A DNA stretch of 64,000 nt from an uncultured Eubacteriales bacterium (GTDB lineage: Bacteria; Bacillota; Clostridia; Oscillospirales; CAG-272): the NCBI GenBank assembly GCA_934462825.1, contig CAKSIP010000003.1, positions 477 to 64,476 on the forward strand, written 5' to 3'. The translations under genes and the position numbers were made by a program. Every line of letters starts with the position of its first letter. Position 1 is the stretch's first letter. This document shows, piece after piece, positions 37,983 through 46,903 of the stretch. The notes under the pieces are model-generated. The model was not told where the DNA came from. It did not search any database and saw only the letters and a list, made by a program, of their open reading frames with translations.

Positions 37983-40061
37983 ATGAGATTTTGGACGAGA
38001 TTTTTCAGCTTGCTTTTGGCGCTGGTTTGCGTGGCGGGCACTTTGACCGCTTGCCGGCCCAAACAGCCCGACGAAACGCCGACCGCAACCCCATCCGAAA
38101 CGCCAAAGCCGGAGGAGCCGGAGCGCTTCCTTACGCTGGTGGATGGCGAGGCTACTTCCTATACCATCATTCGTCCCTCCAAGACGACGACCGATGTGAA
38201 GAACGCGGGCAAAAAAATGCGGGAAGGTCTGCGTGCGTACGTGAAGGATGTGACGCTGGCCGAGGACTTTCTGATGCAGGATCAAAAGCCAGGCAACTAT
38301 GAGATTCTGATTGGCCAAACCAACCGGGAAGAATCCATCGAGGCGCTTAAGGGCGCTAAGTACGATGACGTGATTGTGGCCGTTGTCGGTGACAAACTGG
38401 TGATTAACTCTTACAACGACGAAAAGCTGCAACCGGCGGTCGAAAAGGTGCTGGCCGCGCTGAAAAACGAGAACGGAAAGGTGCTGCTTAGCAGCAAGGC
38501 TTCGTTTGAAGAAAGAGCGACCTATCCCTTTGACGATGTTACGCTGAACGGAAAATCGCTGAAGGATTACCGTATTGTAGTGTCGGCAACTCCGCATGCC
38601 CTGGTGAAAAGCGCGGTGGAGCGGCTTCAAAAAGCCATTATTGCGGCTTGCGGCACTTGCCTGCCGATTGTGAACGATCATTCCGAAGCGACGGAAAAAG
38701 AAATTGTGGTCGGGAAAAATGATCGTCCCGCCTCCTCTACCGTAACATTTGACGACCTGACAAAGTATACATATACCATCAAAAATACCGGTGAAACGCT
38801 GGTTGTGGGCGCAACCGATAACGGCTTTGCTCTGAGCCAAGCCTTGGACGCGCTGGCAAAAATGGCGGCAACCGGAAAAATCGAGGAAAAAACCATGACG
38901 CTGGACAACTGTATTACTCCGATCCTGACTTCCTTCTGCTTTACCGATACCCATAACTGCTTTTCCATGCTGGAGCCTCCCTACATTTTCCGCAAAAATG
39001 CGCAGGAAGCCATTGACTACCTGCTGAAAACGACCGGACAGGTGGATGTCGTTTTGGAGGGCGGCGACTTTATGAGCGACTACCCGTCATGGACAAGCTC
39101 CGGCCACTTGCCGTATGAATACTACCTCGGCTTCAAGAAAATGGCCACCGAACGATATGCCGCGCTGGCCAAGGGCGGCAAGGTGATGTACGTAGCCGGA
39201 AACCACGACTATGCGCAGGGCGAAGAATCCACCGACGGCCCCGGCAAAAACGGTTCTTACAACTCCTCGGAATTTTACTACACCGGCCCGATGAAGGAAA
39301 CCCTTGGCGAATTGGCCGATGACGAAAAGTTTGAAATTGTCGGAACACACACCGGGGAAAAGTATCTTTTGGCGTACCACTATGTCATCAACGGCGTTGA
39401 TTTCGTCGGTCTGTCGCCCGATCCCGATCTGATCTGGTCGGCACAGTCATACGGCTTCAATATCGCCTCGTTGAATTGGCTGAAAAACAAGCTGAATGAA
39501 ATTGATCCCGATGGCATCAAGCCGATTTTTATGCTCTGCCACTACGCCATTTCCCAGCGCGTAACATCCTCGAATCTGAACGCGCCTTATATTGACAGGA
39601 CCATTACGGCTACCATGCTTCCGATTCTCAAGGGGCATCACAACCTGTTTTACCTGTTCGGTCACTGGACAGTCAAGCACTCGTTCCACACCGATTTTAC
39701 CGTGAAAAACGTGATGCATTATGATGTTACGGGAAAGATTATCAATATTCAAGGCGATGAAACGGACTCCACCGCGGTGGCCTCGTTTGAAAAGCGGTAT
39801 TTTACGGCCGTTTGGATGGGCGGCTTCCGTTTGGATCGTGACGGTGATCATACGTATTTCAACAATGACATACCGTATGGATACGGCGGCTATAGCTATA
39901 AGCAACCCTTCCCCTCTGCGGCCACACCGAAATTGGCGCAGGGTATGTACATTGAAGTGTTCCCGGATCGCGTGGTGTTTACCATGAAGAACTTCGGCAC
40001 GTGGGAAGGCTATAAAACCGGAACCCAGCTGGAGCCTTACACCGTGTACTTGTATCGATAA
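37983..40061 (+). CDS. Metallophosphoesterase lipoprotein, array member P2 (692 aa)
   Basis: Same architecture as P1. Signal MRFWTRFFSLLLALVCVAGTLTAC. Motifs FTDTHN, GGDFMSD, AGNHDY, LCHYA, FGHWTVKHSFH. AGGAGG RBS. Confidence 0.75.
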   Translation: MRFWTRFFSLLLALVCVAGTLTACRPKQPDETPTATPSETPKPEEPERFLTLVDGEATSYTIIRPSKTTTDVKNAGKKMREGLRAYVKDVTLAEDFLMQDQKPGNYEILIGQTNREESIEALKGAKYDDVIVAVVGDKLVINSYNDEKLQPAVEKVLAALKNENGKVLLSSKASFEERATYPFDDVTLNGKSLKDYRIVVSATPHALVKSAVERLQKAIIAACGTCLPIVNDHSEATEKEIVVGKNDRPASSTVTFDDLTKYTYTIKNTGETLVVGATDNGFALSQALDALAKMAATGKIEEKTMTLDNCITPILTSFCFTDTHNCFSMLEPPYIFRKNAQEAIDYLLKTTGQVDVVLEGGDFMSDYPSWTSSGHLPYEYYLGFKKMATERYAALAKGGKVMYVAGNHDYAQGEESTDGPGKNGSYNSSEFYYTGPMKETLGELADDEKFEIVGTHTGEKYLLAYHYVINGVDFVGLSPDPDLIWSAQSYGFNIASLNWLKNKLNEIDPDGIKPIFMLCHYAISQRVTSSNLNAPYIDRTITATMLPILKGHHNLFYLFGHWTVKHSFHTDFTVKNVMHYDVTGKIINIQGDETDSTAVASFEKRYFTAVWMGGFRLDRDGDHTYFNNDIPYGYGGYSYKQPFPSAATPKLAQGMYIEVFPDRVVFTMKNFGTWEGYKTGTQLEPYTVYLYR

Positions 40062-40071
40062 AGAAACAGGC

Positions 40072-40092
40072 AGGGCCGTGAAAAACGGCCCT
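40072..40092 (+). other. Intergenic hairpin cassette between P2 and P3
   Basis: Identical agggccgtgaaaaacggccct plus aataactcccaaaaaaggaggcaa, as at 37934. Confidence 0.5.
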
Positions 40093-40120
40093 AATAACTC
40101 CCAAAAAAGGAGGCAATTTT

Positions 40121-42196
40121 ATGAGATTTTTGACGAGATTTTTCAGCTTGCTTTTGGCGCTGATTTGCGTGGCAGGTGCTTTGACCGCTTGCCGGCCCAA
40201 ACAACCCGACGAAACGCCGACCGCAACCCCATCCGAAACGCCAAAGCCGGAGGAGCCGGAGCGCTTCCTCACGCTGGCGGATGGCACATCCAGCCAATAT
40301 AAGGTGATTCGTCCTACAGAAACGACACAGGCGGTGAAAGACGCCGCGGTAAAGATGCGCGAGGGGTTGCGCACCTATGCGCCGGCTCTTTGGCTGGAGG
40401 AGGATTTCCTTATAAAAGGCCAAACGCCGGGCAACTATGAAATCTTGATCGGTCAAACCAACCGCGAGGAATCGGATCAGGCACTGAAAGGCGCGAAATA
40501 CGACGATGTGGTGGTAACGATGATCGGTGAAAAATTGGTTATCAATTCCTACAACGACGAAAAGCTGGAGGGCGCTGTCGAAAAGGTGCTGGCCGCGCTG
40601 AAAAACGAGAACGGCAAGGTGCTTTTGAGCAACAAATCGACCTTTGCCGAAAGAGCCACCTACCCGCTGTCCGACATCACGCTGAACGGCACTTCGCTGA
40701 AGGATTACCGTATCGTGACAAAGGCAAAGCCTCACGCCTTTGTGAAAAACGGAGTGGAACGGTTGCAGAAAGCCATTATTGCAGCCAGCGGCTTTTATCT
40801 GCCGATTATCACCGATAGCACCGAGGCCACGGGAAAAGAAATTGTCGTCGGAGAAAGCAAACGCCCTGCATCGACCGGGACGGATGTTAGCGAAATCGGC
40901 GCCTATACGTACATTATCAAAGACAGCGACGGCAATGTGGTCGTTTGTGCATCGGATAATGATTATACCTTAAGTCAGGCGTTGGACGCACTGACAAAAA
41001 TGGTAGGAAGCGGAAAGGTCGAGGAAACGAAAATGACGCTGGACAATTGCATCACACCGATGCTGACCTCCTTCTGCTTTACCGATACGCACAACTGCTT
41101 TTCCATGCTGGAGCCTCCCTACATTTTCCGCAAAAATGCGCAGGCCGCCATTGACTACCTGCTGAAAACGACCGGACAGGTGGATGTCGTTCTGGAGGGC
41201 GGCGACTTTATGAGCGATTACCCGACATGGCAAAGCTCCGGCCACTTGCCGTATGAATATTACCTCGGCTTCAAGAAAATGGCCACCGAGCGATATGCAA
41301 AGCTTGCGAAGGGTGGCAAGGTGATGTACGTAGCCGGAAACCACGACTACGCGCAGGGCGAAGAATCCACCGACGGCCCCGGCAAAAACGGTTCTTACAA
41401 CTCCTCGGAATTTTATTTTACCGGCCCGATGAAGGAAACCCTTGGCGAATTGGCCGATGACGAAAAATTTGAGATCGTCGGCACGCACACCGGGGAAAAG
41501 TATCTTTTGGCCTATCACTATGTCATCAACGGCGTTGATTTTGTCGGTCTGTCGCCCGATCCCGATCGGGTCTGGTCGGCACAGTCATACGGCTTCAATA
41601 CCGCCTCGCTGAATTGGCTGAAAAACAAGCTGAATGAAATTGATCCCGAAGGCATCAAGCCGATCTTTATGCTTTGCCATTACGCCATGTCTCAGCGTGG
41701 GACCGACGTAGAGCTGAACACGCCTTATAGTGACCACATCATTACGGATGCCATGATGCCGGTTCTCAAGGGGCATCACAACCTGTTTTACATGTTCGGA
41801 CATTGGGCCAGCTATGTGTCCTTCCACACCGATTTTACTGTAAAAAACGTGATGCATTACAATGTCATGGGAAATATTTTCAATATTAAAGGCGATGAAA
41901 CAGACTCTACCGCGGTGGCCTCGTATGACAAACGGTACTTTACGGCCGTTTGGATGGGCGGCTTCCGTTTGGATCACGACACTCATATGTATTTCAACAA
42001 TGACATTCCGTATGGATACGGCGGCTATACCCAACAGCAATCTTTCCCCTCCGCCGCTACGCCGAAATTGGCGCAGGGCATGTACATTGAAGTGTTCCCG
42101 GATCGCGTGGTGTTTACCATGAAGAACTTCGGCACGTGGGAAGGCTTTAAAACCGGAACCCAGCTGGAGCCTTATACGGTCTATCTTTACAAATAA
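40121..42196 (+). CDS. Metallophosphoesterase lipoprotein, array member P3 (691 aa)
   Basis: Signal MRFLTRFFSLLLALICVAGALTAC. Same domain order as P1 and P2. The catalytic half is almost identical to P2 over long stretches. Confidence 0.75.
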   Translation: MRFLTRFFSLLLALICVAGALTACRPKQPDETPTATPSETPKPEEPERFLTLADGTSSQYKVIRPTETTQAVKDAAVKMREGLRTYAPALWLEEDFLIKGQTPGNYEILIGQTNREESDQALKGAKYDDVVVTMIGEKLVINSYNDEKLEGAVEKVLAALKNENGKVLLSNKSTFAERATYPLSDITLNGTSLKDYRIVTKAKPHAFVKNGVERLQKAIIAASGFYLPIITDSTEATGKEIVVGESKRPASTGTDVSEIGAYTYIIKDSDGNVVVCASDNDYTLSQALDALTKMVGSGKVEETKMTLDNCITPMLTSFCFTDTHNCFSMLEPPYIFRKNAQAAIDYLLKTTGQVDVVLEGGDFMSDYPTWQSSGHLPYEYYLGFKKMATERYAKLAKGGKVMYVAGNHDYAQGEESTDGPGKNGSYNSSEFYFTGPMKETLGELADDEKFEIVGTHTGEKYLLAYHYVINGVDFVGLSPDPDRVWSAQSYGFNTASLNWLKNKLNEIDPEGIKPIFMLCHYAMSQRGTDVELNTPYSDHIITDAMMPVLKGHHNLFYMFGHWASYVSFHTDFTVKNVMHYNVMGNIFNIKGDETDSTAVASYDKRYFTAVWMGGFRLDHDTHMYFNNDIPYGYGGYTQQQSFPSAATPKLAQGMYIEVFPDRVVFTMKNFGTWEGFKTGTQLEPYTVYLYK

Positions 42197-42220
42197 TTTG
42201 CGGACAAATGAGGTGCATTT

Positions 42221-43387
42221 ATGAACTGTAACAAACAAGAACCAAAATTGACAGCCTTTTGCTTTACCGATACGCACAACTGCTTTTCCATGCTGGAGCC
42301 TCCGTATGTTCTTCGGAAAACGGTTTCGATGGCTGTGGATGCCCTGCTGAAAACCAAAGGGCAGGTGGATGTGGTGCTGGAGGGCGGGGATTGCATGAGC
42401 GATTACCCGACATGGACCAGCTCCGGCCACTTGCCGTATGCGTACTACAAAGACTTCAAAGCCCTTGTGGTGGAAAATTACGCAAAGCTGGCCAAGGGCG
42501 GCAAGGTGATGTATGTGACCGGCAACCATGACTACGCGCAGGGCGAAGAAGCCACCGACGGCCCCGGCAAAAACGGCTCTTATAATTCCTATGACTTTTA
42601 CTATACCGGCCCGATGAAGGAAACGCTTGGCGAGTTGGCCGATAACGAAAAGTTTGAGATCATCGGCACGCATACCGGCGAAAAGTATCTTTTGGCGTAC
42701 CACTATGTTATCAACGGCATTGATTTTGTCGGCCTGTCGCCCGATCCCGATTTGATCTGGTCGGAACAGGCGTACGGCTTCAATGTTTCCTCGCTGGATT
42801 GGCTGAAAAACAAGCTGGAGGAGATGGATCCCGACGGCACCAAACCGATCTTTATGCTCTGCCACTACGCCATTTCCCAGCGCGCGACAATCAAGGATTT
42901 GAATGACCCTTATGAGGACGACACGATTACAACAACGCTCGCTCCGATTCTCAAGGGACATCGCAATCTGTTTTATTTGTTTGGCCATTGGGCGAACTAT
43001 GTGTCCTTTTACACCGACAACACGGTGAAAAGCGTGATGCACTATACGCCCGAAGGTAAAATCATTCCCATTCGCGGGGATGAAACGGAATCGACGGCTT
43101 TGGCGCCCCTTCAAGAGCGCTCGTTCAACGCAGTGTGGATGGGAGGCTTCCGCTTGGATCATGACGGTCAAACACAATATTTTGAGGACGACGCGGTAGA
43201 AGGCTGGGGCGGCTATACCGACCATAAGCGGGTTTTCCCCTCCACCGCTACACCAAAGCTGGCACAGGGCATGTACATCGAAGTGTTCCCGGATCGCGTG
43301 GTGTTTACCATGAAGAACTTCGGCACGTGGGAAGGAATAAAAACGGGAACGGAATTGAAGCCCTATACCGTGTACTTGAACCAATAA
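42221..43387 (+). CDS. Leaderless metallophosphoesterase, array member P4 (388 aa; catalytic and C-terminal domains only)
   Basis: Starts MNCNKQEPKLTAFCFTDTHNCF, exactly at the catalytic-domain boundary. GAGGTG lies 6 nt upstream. No signal peptide and no N-terminal modules. Motifs GGDCMSD, TGNHDY, LCHYA, FGHWANYVSFY. Confidence 0.7.
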   Translation: MNCNKQEPKLTAFCFTDTHNCFSMLEPPYVLRKTVSMAVDALLKTKGQVDVVLEGGDCMSDYPTWTSSGHLPYAYYKDFKALVVENYAKLAKGGKVMYVTGNHDYAQGEEATDGPGKNGSYNSYDFYYTGPMKETLGELADNEKFEIIGTHTGEKYLLAYHYVINGIDFVGLSPDPDLIWSEQAYGFNVSSLDWLKNKLEEMDPDGTKPIFMLCHYAISQRATIKDLNDPYEDDTITTTLAPILKGHRNLFYLFGHWANYVSFYTDNTVKSVMHYTPEGKIIPIRGDETESTALAPLQERSFNAVWMGGFRLDHDGQTQYFEDDAVEGWGGYTDHKRVFPSTATPKLAQGMYIEVFPDRVVFTMKNFGTWEGIKTGTELKPYTVYLNQ

Positions 43388-43413
43388 AACAAAAGATAAC
43401 AAGAGGATAGAGT

Positions 43414-44610
43414 ATGAATCCCAAAATCGAAAGTCAAGAAAATCCGCAGGCAAAACCGATTTTGACATCCTTTTGCTTTTCGGATGTGCACAACTGCTTT
43501 TCCATGTTGGAGCCGCCGTATGTGCTGAGAAAATCGGCCACGCTGGCCATTGATACACTGCTTGCGACCAAAGGTCAGGTCGATGTGGTGATGATGGGCG
43601 GCGATTATATGAGCGATTACCCCGGCTGGCTCAACTGCTCCAACACCCTGCCGTACGCATACTATCTCGGCTATAAGGCGGCTACCGTGAAGGAATACGC
43701 CCGGTTGGCCAAGGACGGCAAGGTGCTCTACTGTGCCGGCAACCACGATTTTGCCCAAGGCGAGGCGGCTACCGACGGCCCCGGCAAGAACGGCTCCTAC
43801 AATTCCTTTGAATTTTATTATACCGGCCCGATGAATCAAACGCCCGGCCCGCTTCCCGACAGCGAGCGTTTTGAAATCGTGGGCGAGCATACCGGGGAGA
43901 AATATCTGCTTTGTTACCATTACGAAATCCGGGGCGTGCACTTTTTGGCGCTGTCCCCCGATCCCGATCAAATCTGGAACACGCAGTGCGTCGGCTTCCA
44001 TCCGGATTCCTTGACCTGGCTGAAAAACAAGCTGGAGGAGATCGACCCGGACGGCAAGGAAGTGATTTTCCTGAGCTGCCACTATGCTATGGATCAGAGA
44101 GACGCTCGCTCGGAAAATGTGAATGAAGGCTTCCACCACGATGATTTCATTGCCGGTACCATCGGCTCGTTGTTGCTCGGACATCGCAATCTGTTCTATA
44201 TGTACGGCCATTGGACGTGTGCGCACAGCTTCCATAAGGGAACAACGGTAAAAAATGTGATCCACTATTACAAGGATCAATCCATTATCCCGATTGAGGG
44301 CGACGAGCTTTCCTCGCGTGAGGTGAAGGATGCGGAAAAGCGCGCCTTCAGCTCCGTGTGGATGGGCGGCTTCCGTTTGGATCATAACGGAAATCAGGAG
44401 TATTTTGAGGATGATCCCGTCGAAGGGTGGGGCGGCTATACCGATAAAAAGCGGAAATTCCCCTCCACGGCAACGCCCAAAATGTCGCAGGGCATGTATA
44501 TAGATGTGTTTCCCGACCGCGTTGTGTTTACCATGATGAACTTCGGAAACTATCCCGGTTATGAAACCGAAACGCCCATTGCGCCTTACACGGTGTATCG
44601 GAACGATTAA
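43414..44610 (+). CDS. Leaderless metallophosphoesterase, array member P5 (398 aa; catalytic and C-terminal domains only)
   Basis: Starts MNPKIESQENPQAKPILTSFCFSDVHNCF. AAGAGGA RBS. No signal peptide. Motifs GGDYMSD, AGNHDF, SCHYA, YGHWTCAHSFH. Confidence 0.7.
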   Translation: MNPKIESQENPQAKPILTSFCFSDVHNCFSMLEPPYVLRKSATLAIDTLLATKGQVDVVMMGGDYMSDYPGWLNCSNTLPYAYYLGYKAATVKEYARLAKDGKVLYCAGNHDFAQGEAATDGPGKNGSYNSFEFYYTGPMNQTPGPLPDSERFEIVGEHTGEKYLLCYHYEIRGVHFLALSPDPDQIWNTQCVGFHPDSLTWLKNKLEEIDPDGKEVIFLSCHYAMDQRDARSENVNEGFHHDDFIAGTIGSLLLGHRNLFYMYGHWTCAHSFHKGTTVKNVIHYYKDQSIIPIEGDELSSREVKDAEKRAFSSVWMGGFRLDHNGNQEYFEDDPVEGWGGYTDKKRKFPSTATPKMSQGMYIDVFPDRVVFTMMNFGNYPGYETETPIAPYTVYRND

Positions 44611-44683
44611 ATTCAAGCTCTTTCCGCAAAAGCGTCATTGCTTTTGCAGAAAGGCAGAAAAATAGAAAGGTAGAAAAACTTAA

Positions 44684-46750
44684 ATGAAAAAAATACGCGT
44701 ACTTTCCCTATTCTTAACACTGTTGATGCTGTTGTCGGCGCTCACCGCGTGCCGGCCGTCCCCCAACCCGGATCCGACGCCGACGCCGACACCCACACCG
44801 ACGCCGGCCCCGATCTATACGACCACGATCCTTGAAAACGGCGTGTGCAATTATACCGTTGTCCGTCCGACCGACTGTGACAGCGAAACCAACGCGGCCG
44901 CCATGCAGTTGAGAGCGGCGTTGGCGACCATGACCGAAAAAGGATATATTCCGATGGATGAAGACTTTATCGCGCCTACTCACCAGCCGAAAGAGTTGGA
45001 AATCCTGGTGGGCTCTACCAACCGCGACGAAAGCACGGAAGTGCTTAGCGGCCTGAAATATCAGGACTATAAAATCACGGTAGTGGGCAAAAAGGTCGTT
45101 ATTGCGGCACATTCGCCGCAGGCCATCACAGCGGCCGTGACTTACTTTATTGAAAATTACATCGGAGACAAAAAAGACAACAAGAACGCTACGTTGTCCT
45201 TGTCCAGCGAAAACGCCTATACGTATCAAGGCACGTATGAGCTGAACGATGTAAAGATCGGCGATACGCCGCTGGAGGAATATCAGTTTGTCCTTCCCGC
45301 ATCGCGGACGTATGCCCTCAATCGCTCGTATCAATATTTCCTTTCCGAGGTTCGCCAAAAAACCGGTATTTATCTGAAAACGGTGGAGGATACGCAGGAA
45401 GCCTCCGAGCATGAAATTCTGTTTGGAAACACCAACCGCGCGGAATCGAAAAAATACTATGATGCCGGCATGGCGGATAATACCTATGCCTTTGAATTGG
45501 CCGGCCAAAAGCTCGTCATAGCGGCCTCCTTGGATTACTTTGCCTTTAAGAAAGCCACCGAGGATTTCATCGCCATGCTGACCGCCAAGAATCTCAGCAA
45601 CAAGCAATTGACAATTGACGTCAGCAAGCCGATTTTGACATCGTTTGGTATGTCGGATATTCATAACAATTTCGCCATGCTGGAACCGCCGTATGTGTTC
45701 CGCAAAAATGCGGCGGCGGCCGTGGATCAGATTTTGTCAACGCGCGGCCAGGTCGATGTGTTGATGATCGGCGGTGACTTTATGAGCGACTATCCGTCAT
45801 GGAATTCGTCCGGCCATCTGCCGTATGCCTACTTTGTGGGATTCCGCGACCATGCCTCCGAGATCCTTTCCAAGCTGGCTAAGGACGGCAAGGTGATGTA
45901 TATCGCCGGAAACCATGACTATGCGCAGGGCGAGAAATCCACCGACGGCCCCGGTAAGAACGGATCTTATAACTCGGCCGACTTCTATTACAACGGCCCC
46001 ATGAAGGATACGCTTGGGGAACTGCCCGAAAGCGAAAAGTTTGAGATTGTGGGTACGCATACCGGCGAGAAATATTTGCTGGCGTACCATTATGAGGTCA
46101 ACGGCGTGCACTTTATCGGCTTTTCGCCGGATCCGGATAAAATCTGGTCAGAGCAGGGATATGGCTTCAATACCGAAAGCCTGAAGTGGCTGGATAATAA
46201 GCTGAAAGAAATTGATCCCAACGGAGACGCCGTTATTTTCATGAACTGCCATTACGATGTGGCTTATCGGCAGAACGGAGAGCTTTACAGCGTCGGTTCG
46301 GCCAGCAACGACCTGGTTCCCATTCTCAAGAGCCATAAAAACCTTTTCTACTTGTTTGGACACATTCATCATGCCGACGGCAGAGATTATGCCAAGAAGA
46401 AAACGGCCGAAGTCGTGGTTCATTACTCGGCGAGTGGTACAGCCGTCAATACCAGCCCGGAAGCGACCTCCTATGCCAACAGCGTATCGCGCGGCTTTAC
46501 CGCTGTGTACATGGGCGCATACCGCATAGACTATCAGGCGGATCGCTTTGGCTTGGATAAGGTGTACGGCTATGGAGGATATTCGTATAAGCAGTCCTTC
46601 CCGTCCACCGCAACGCCCAAGCTGTCGCAGGGACTTTACATTGCCGTGTATGAGGATCGGGTGGAGTTTCAGTGCGTCAACACCGGTACGTTGAACGGAT
46701 TTAAAACGTCCGATATTATCGAACCCTATACGGTTTATCTGTACAAATAA
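44684..46750 (+). CDS. Metallophosphoesterase lipoprotein, array member P6 (688 aa; most divergent)
   Basis: Signal MKKIRVLSLFLTLLMLLSALTAC, then a (PT)n linker. Same two N-terminal modules (ELEILVGSTNRDES, EILFGNTNRAES). Motifs MSDIHN, GGDFMSD, AGNHDY, NCHYD and a canonical GHIHH. Confidence 0.75.
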   Translation: MKKIRVLSLFLTLLMLLSALTACRPSPNPDPTPTPTPTPTPAPIYTTTILENGVCNYTVVRPTDCDSETNAAAMQLRAALATMTEKGYIPMDEDFIAPTHQPKELEILVGSTNRDESTEVLSGLKYQDYKITVVGKKVVIAAHSPQAITAAVTYFIENYIGDKKDNKNATLSLSSENAYTYQGTYELNDVKIGDTPLEEYQFVLPASRTYALNRSYQYFLSEVRQKTGIYLKTVEDTQEASEHEILFGNTNRAESKKYYDAGMADNTYAFELAGQKLVIAASLDYFAFKKATEDFIAMLTAKNLSNKQLTIDVSKPILTSFGMSDIHNNFAMLEPPYVFRKNAAAAVDQILSTRGQVDVLMIGGDFMSDYPSWNSSGHLPYAYFVGFRDHASEILSKLAKDGKVMYIAGNHDYAQGEKSTDGPGKNGSYNSADFYYNGPMKDTLGELPESEKFEIVGTHTGEKYLLAYHYEVNGVHFIGFSPDPDKIWSEQGYGFNTESLKWLDNKLKEIDPNGDAVIFMNCHYDVAYRQNGELYSVGSASNDLVPILKSHKNLFYLFGHIHHADGRDYAKKKTAEVVVHYSASGTAVNTSPEATSYANSVSRGFTAVYMGAYRIDYQADRFGLDKVYGYGGYSYKQSFPSTATPKLSQGLYIAVYEDRVEFQCVNTGTLNGFKTSDIIEPYTVYLYK

Positions 46751-46768
46751 GACGATCAAAATGTCGTC

Positions 46769-46807
46769 GGGGAGTTAAAAAACGCAAAATGCGTTTTTTA
46801 ACTCCCC
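46769..46807. repeat. Palindromic A-run/T-run element, copy e (3' of the array)
   Basis: ggggagttaaaaaacgca-aaa-tgcgttttttaactcccc, followed by ctttttgtttttt. Confidence 0.8.
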
Positions 46808-46874
46808 CTTTTTGTTTTTTGCGCAAGCGGCCATGGGATCGGCGCGTAAGGGAAAACAAATTTCGCCGGAAATG

Positions 46875-46903
46875 GAATTTCCGCGAAAAAAACTCACATA
46901 CTA
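46875..46903 (+). promoter_or_regulatory. Candidate forespore (sigma-G/F-type) promoter upstream of the germinant-receptor genes
   Basis: GAATT, a 17-nt spacer, then CATACTA. The -10 matches the remembered sigma-G/F consensus CATNNTA. The -35 is only a partial match. Confidence 0.4.
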
